Shown: one piece after another, positions 20,123-21,329 of the stretch
Layout: every line of letters starts with the position of its first letter
Position numbering within the stretch: the stretch's first letter is position 1
Origin: Octopus sinensis
Taxonomy: Eukaryota
Assembly: GCF_006345805.1 (NCBI RefSeq)
Contig: NW_021823759.1
Span: 1 to 21,329 of the forward strand
DNA length: 21,329 nucleotides
Direction of reading: 5' to 3'
Notes under the pieces: model-generated
The model's input: the letters and a program-made list of their open reading frames with translations, nothing else
Told to the model about the DNA's origin: nothing
The model's database searches: none
Program-made: the position numbers and the translations under genes

Positions 20123-20322
20123 GGTGTTAAGAATAACAGTAGATAAGACCCGGGCTACATAGTTCATGGCGGTGGAACCTCGGAAGTGGTAAATATCCAA
20201 GATATCATTGGCCTGTGTATGTGTTGTTACACCTCGCTTGGATATTTACCACTTCCGAGGTTCCACTCGTCATGAAACATATGTAGCCCAGATCTTATCT
20301 ACTGTTATTTCTTAACACCTGT
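20120..20322. mobile_element. Fold-back element in (TA)n/(CA)n
   Basis: Arms 20120-20201 and 20237-20322 are reverse complements with a few indels and substitutions; 35-bp spacer; older relative at about 20530-20690. Confidence 0.8.
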
Positions 20323-21329
20323 ATATATATATATATATATTACTATACATAAATTCCACACGCTAGGAGGAACTCTTAAAGTAAAAACGGATATAACAAT
20401 TATCCAAATCGTACTGTTCTTGAGAAGACCAATGTTTTACCTGCAAAACATCTTTTCACCATCACCACCACCACCACCACCATTCTCAGGCCTGGCTGGA
20501 GGTCCAGCCTACTACTTCTTTTACTTCTTCAGGCCAATGATATCTTGATCAAATGAAAGTTTACATTGCCGTGAGGAGTTACACGTTAACACATGGAAGA
20601 TTCAATCAGAATGGATATTTATCACGTCTGAGGTTCCCCTCGCTATGAAACTTATGTACCTAGGATCTGATGAACTCTATTCTGTAACTCTTGTATTCTT
20701 GTTCGCATACCCGGCAACCCTGGTCGCCTATTTTTCACTTTACCGTACTTCACGAAAAAAAATCCACAACCTTCAGTCTCAATAAACCACTATTGTCCCT
20801 GAAAGTTTTTTTTTTTTTATATTTACTACGGATTGCTCGAAGCTAACTTTCTTTTTTTATGACCGGAGATCAGTAATTTAATGAGTTAAAGATTTGCTAT
20901 ACAAATCTATGTTTAATAAAGAATAACAAAGTGGTGAAGTCATATTTGTTACTTTGAAGTGAATATAACTATTTGTGCATTTTATCTGAAAAAATATGAC
21001 GCTACCTTTATGCAGTTCAGGAAGAGAGAGAGAGAGCTTTTATAATATTTATTACTAACATGAAGTATCCATCGATTTTTAACATCGGTCATTTATATTA
21101 TTGATTTTTTTAGGCATTAGCACAAGGCCACAAGGTTGTAAGTGAAGGTTTAAGCCATTTGAAATCACTACGAACATAATCGATTCAGCTCTCAAATTTA
21201 AATGTCGCCGTGGCTATCATTGCTTTTTGTCATTTCGGGGTCAATAAACAAGAGACCGTAATATACTGCTTCGATTCGTCTCTTCTCTCACTTTGTCTGC
21301 TTGTCTTTTTCTCTCCCAGAAGAAATTAG

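Larger units (their letters stand above)
19129..20523. repeat. Long inverted repeat (19129-19325 vs 20339-20523), about 1 kb apart
   Basis: About 190-bp arms including a (GGT)n tract; one 7-bp indel and a few substitutions. Confidence 0.9.

Overview
Eukaryotic, AT-rich, repeat-saturated non-coding DNA with no intact protein-coding gene recognisable. The SINE families and extreme microsatellite density point to an octopus (coleoid cephalopod) genome; this is inference, not a database match. It holds tRNA-derived SINEs of several families, a TA-flanked pogo/Tigger-type MITE, two Helitron-like non-autonomous pieces, decayed fragments of a hAT transposase, a Tc1/mariner transposase and a CR1-clade LINE, a degenerate tRNA-like sequence, a 1.25-kb minisatellite built on TTCCNGGAA, and many simple repeats that explain nearly all ORFs in the track. 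The main unexplained signal is a set of short non-coding elements inserted in (TA)n tracts as partial tandems (A-B-A) or fold-back/5'-inverted copies. Four of them, unrelated in sequence, carry type I hammerhead ribozyme folds: 17538-17619 is fully canonical; 4670-4714, 16559-16646 and 16922-16975 each carry core or stem defects. They look like Penelope-like element (PLE) termini or retrozyme-like elements. In two cases a copy boundary falls within 2-4 nt of the predicted cleavage site. All folds were read by eye and need computational and biochemical checks.
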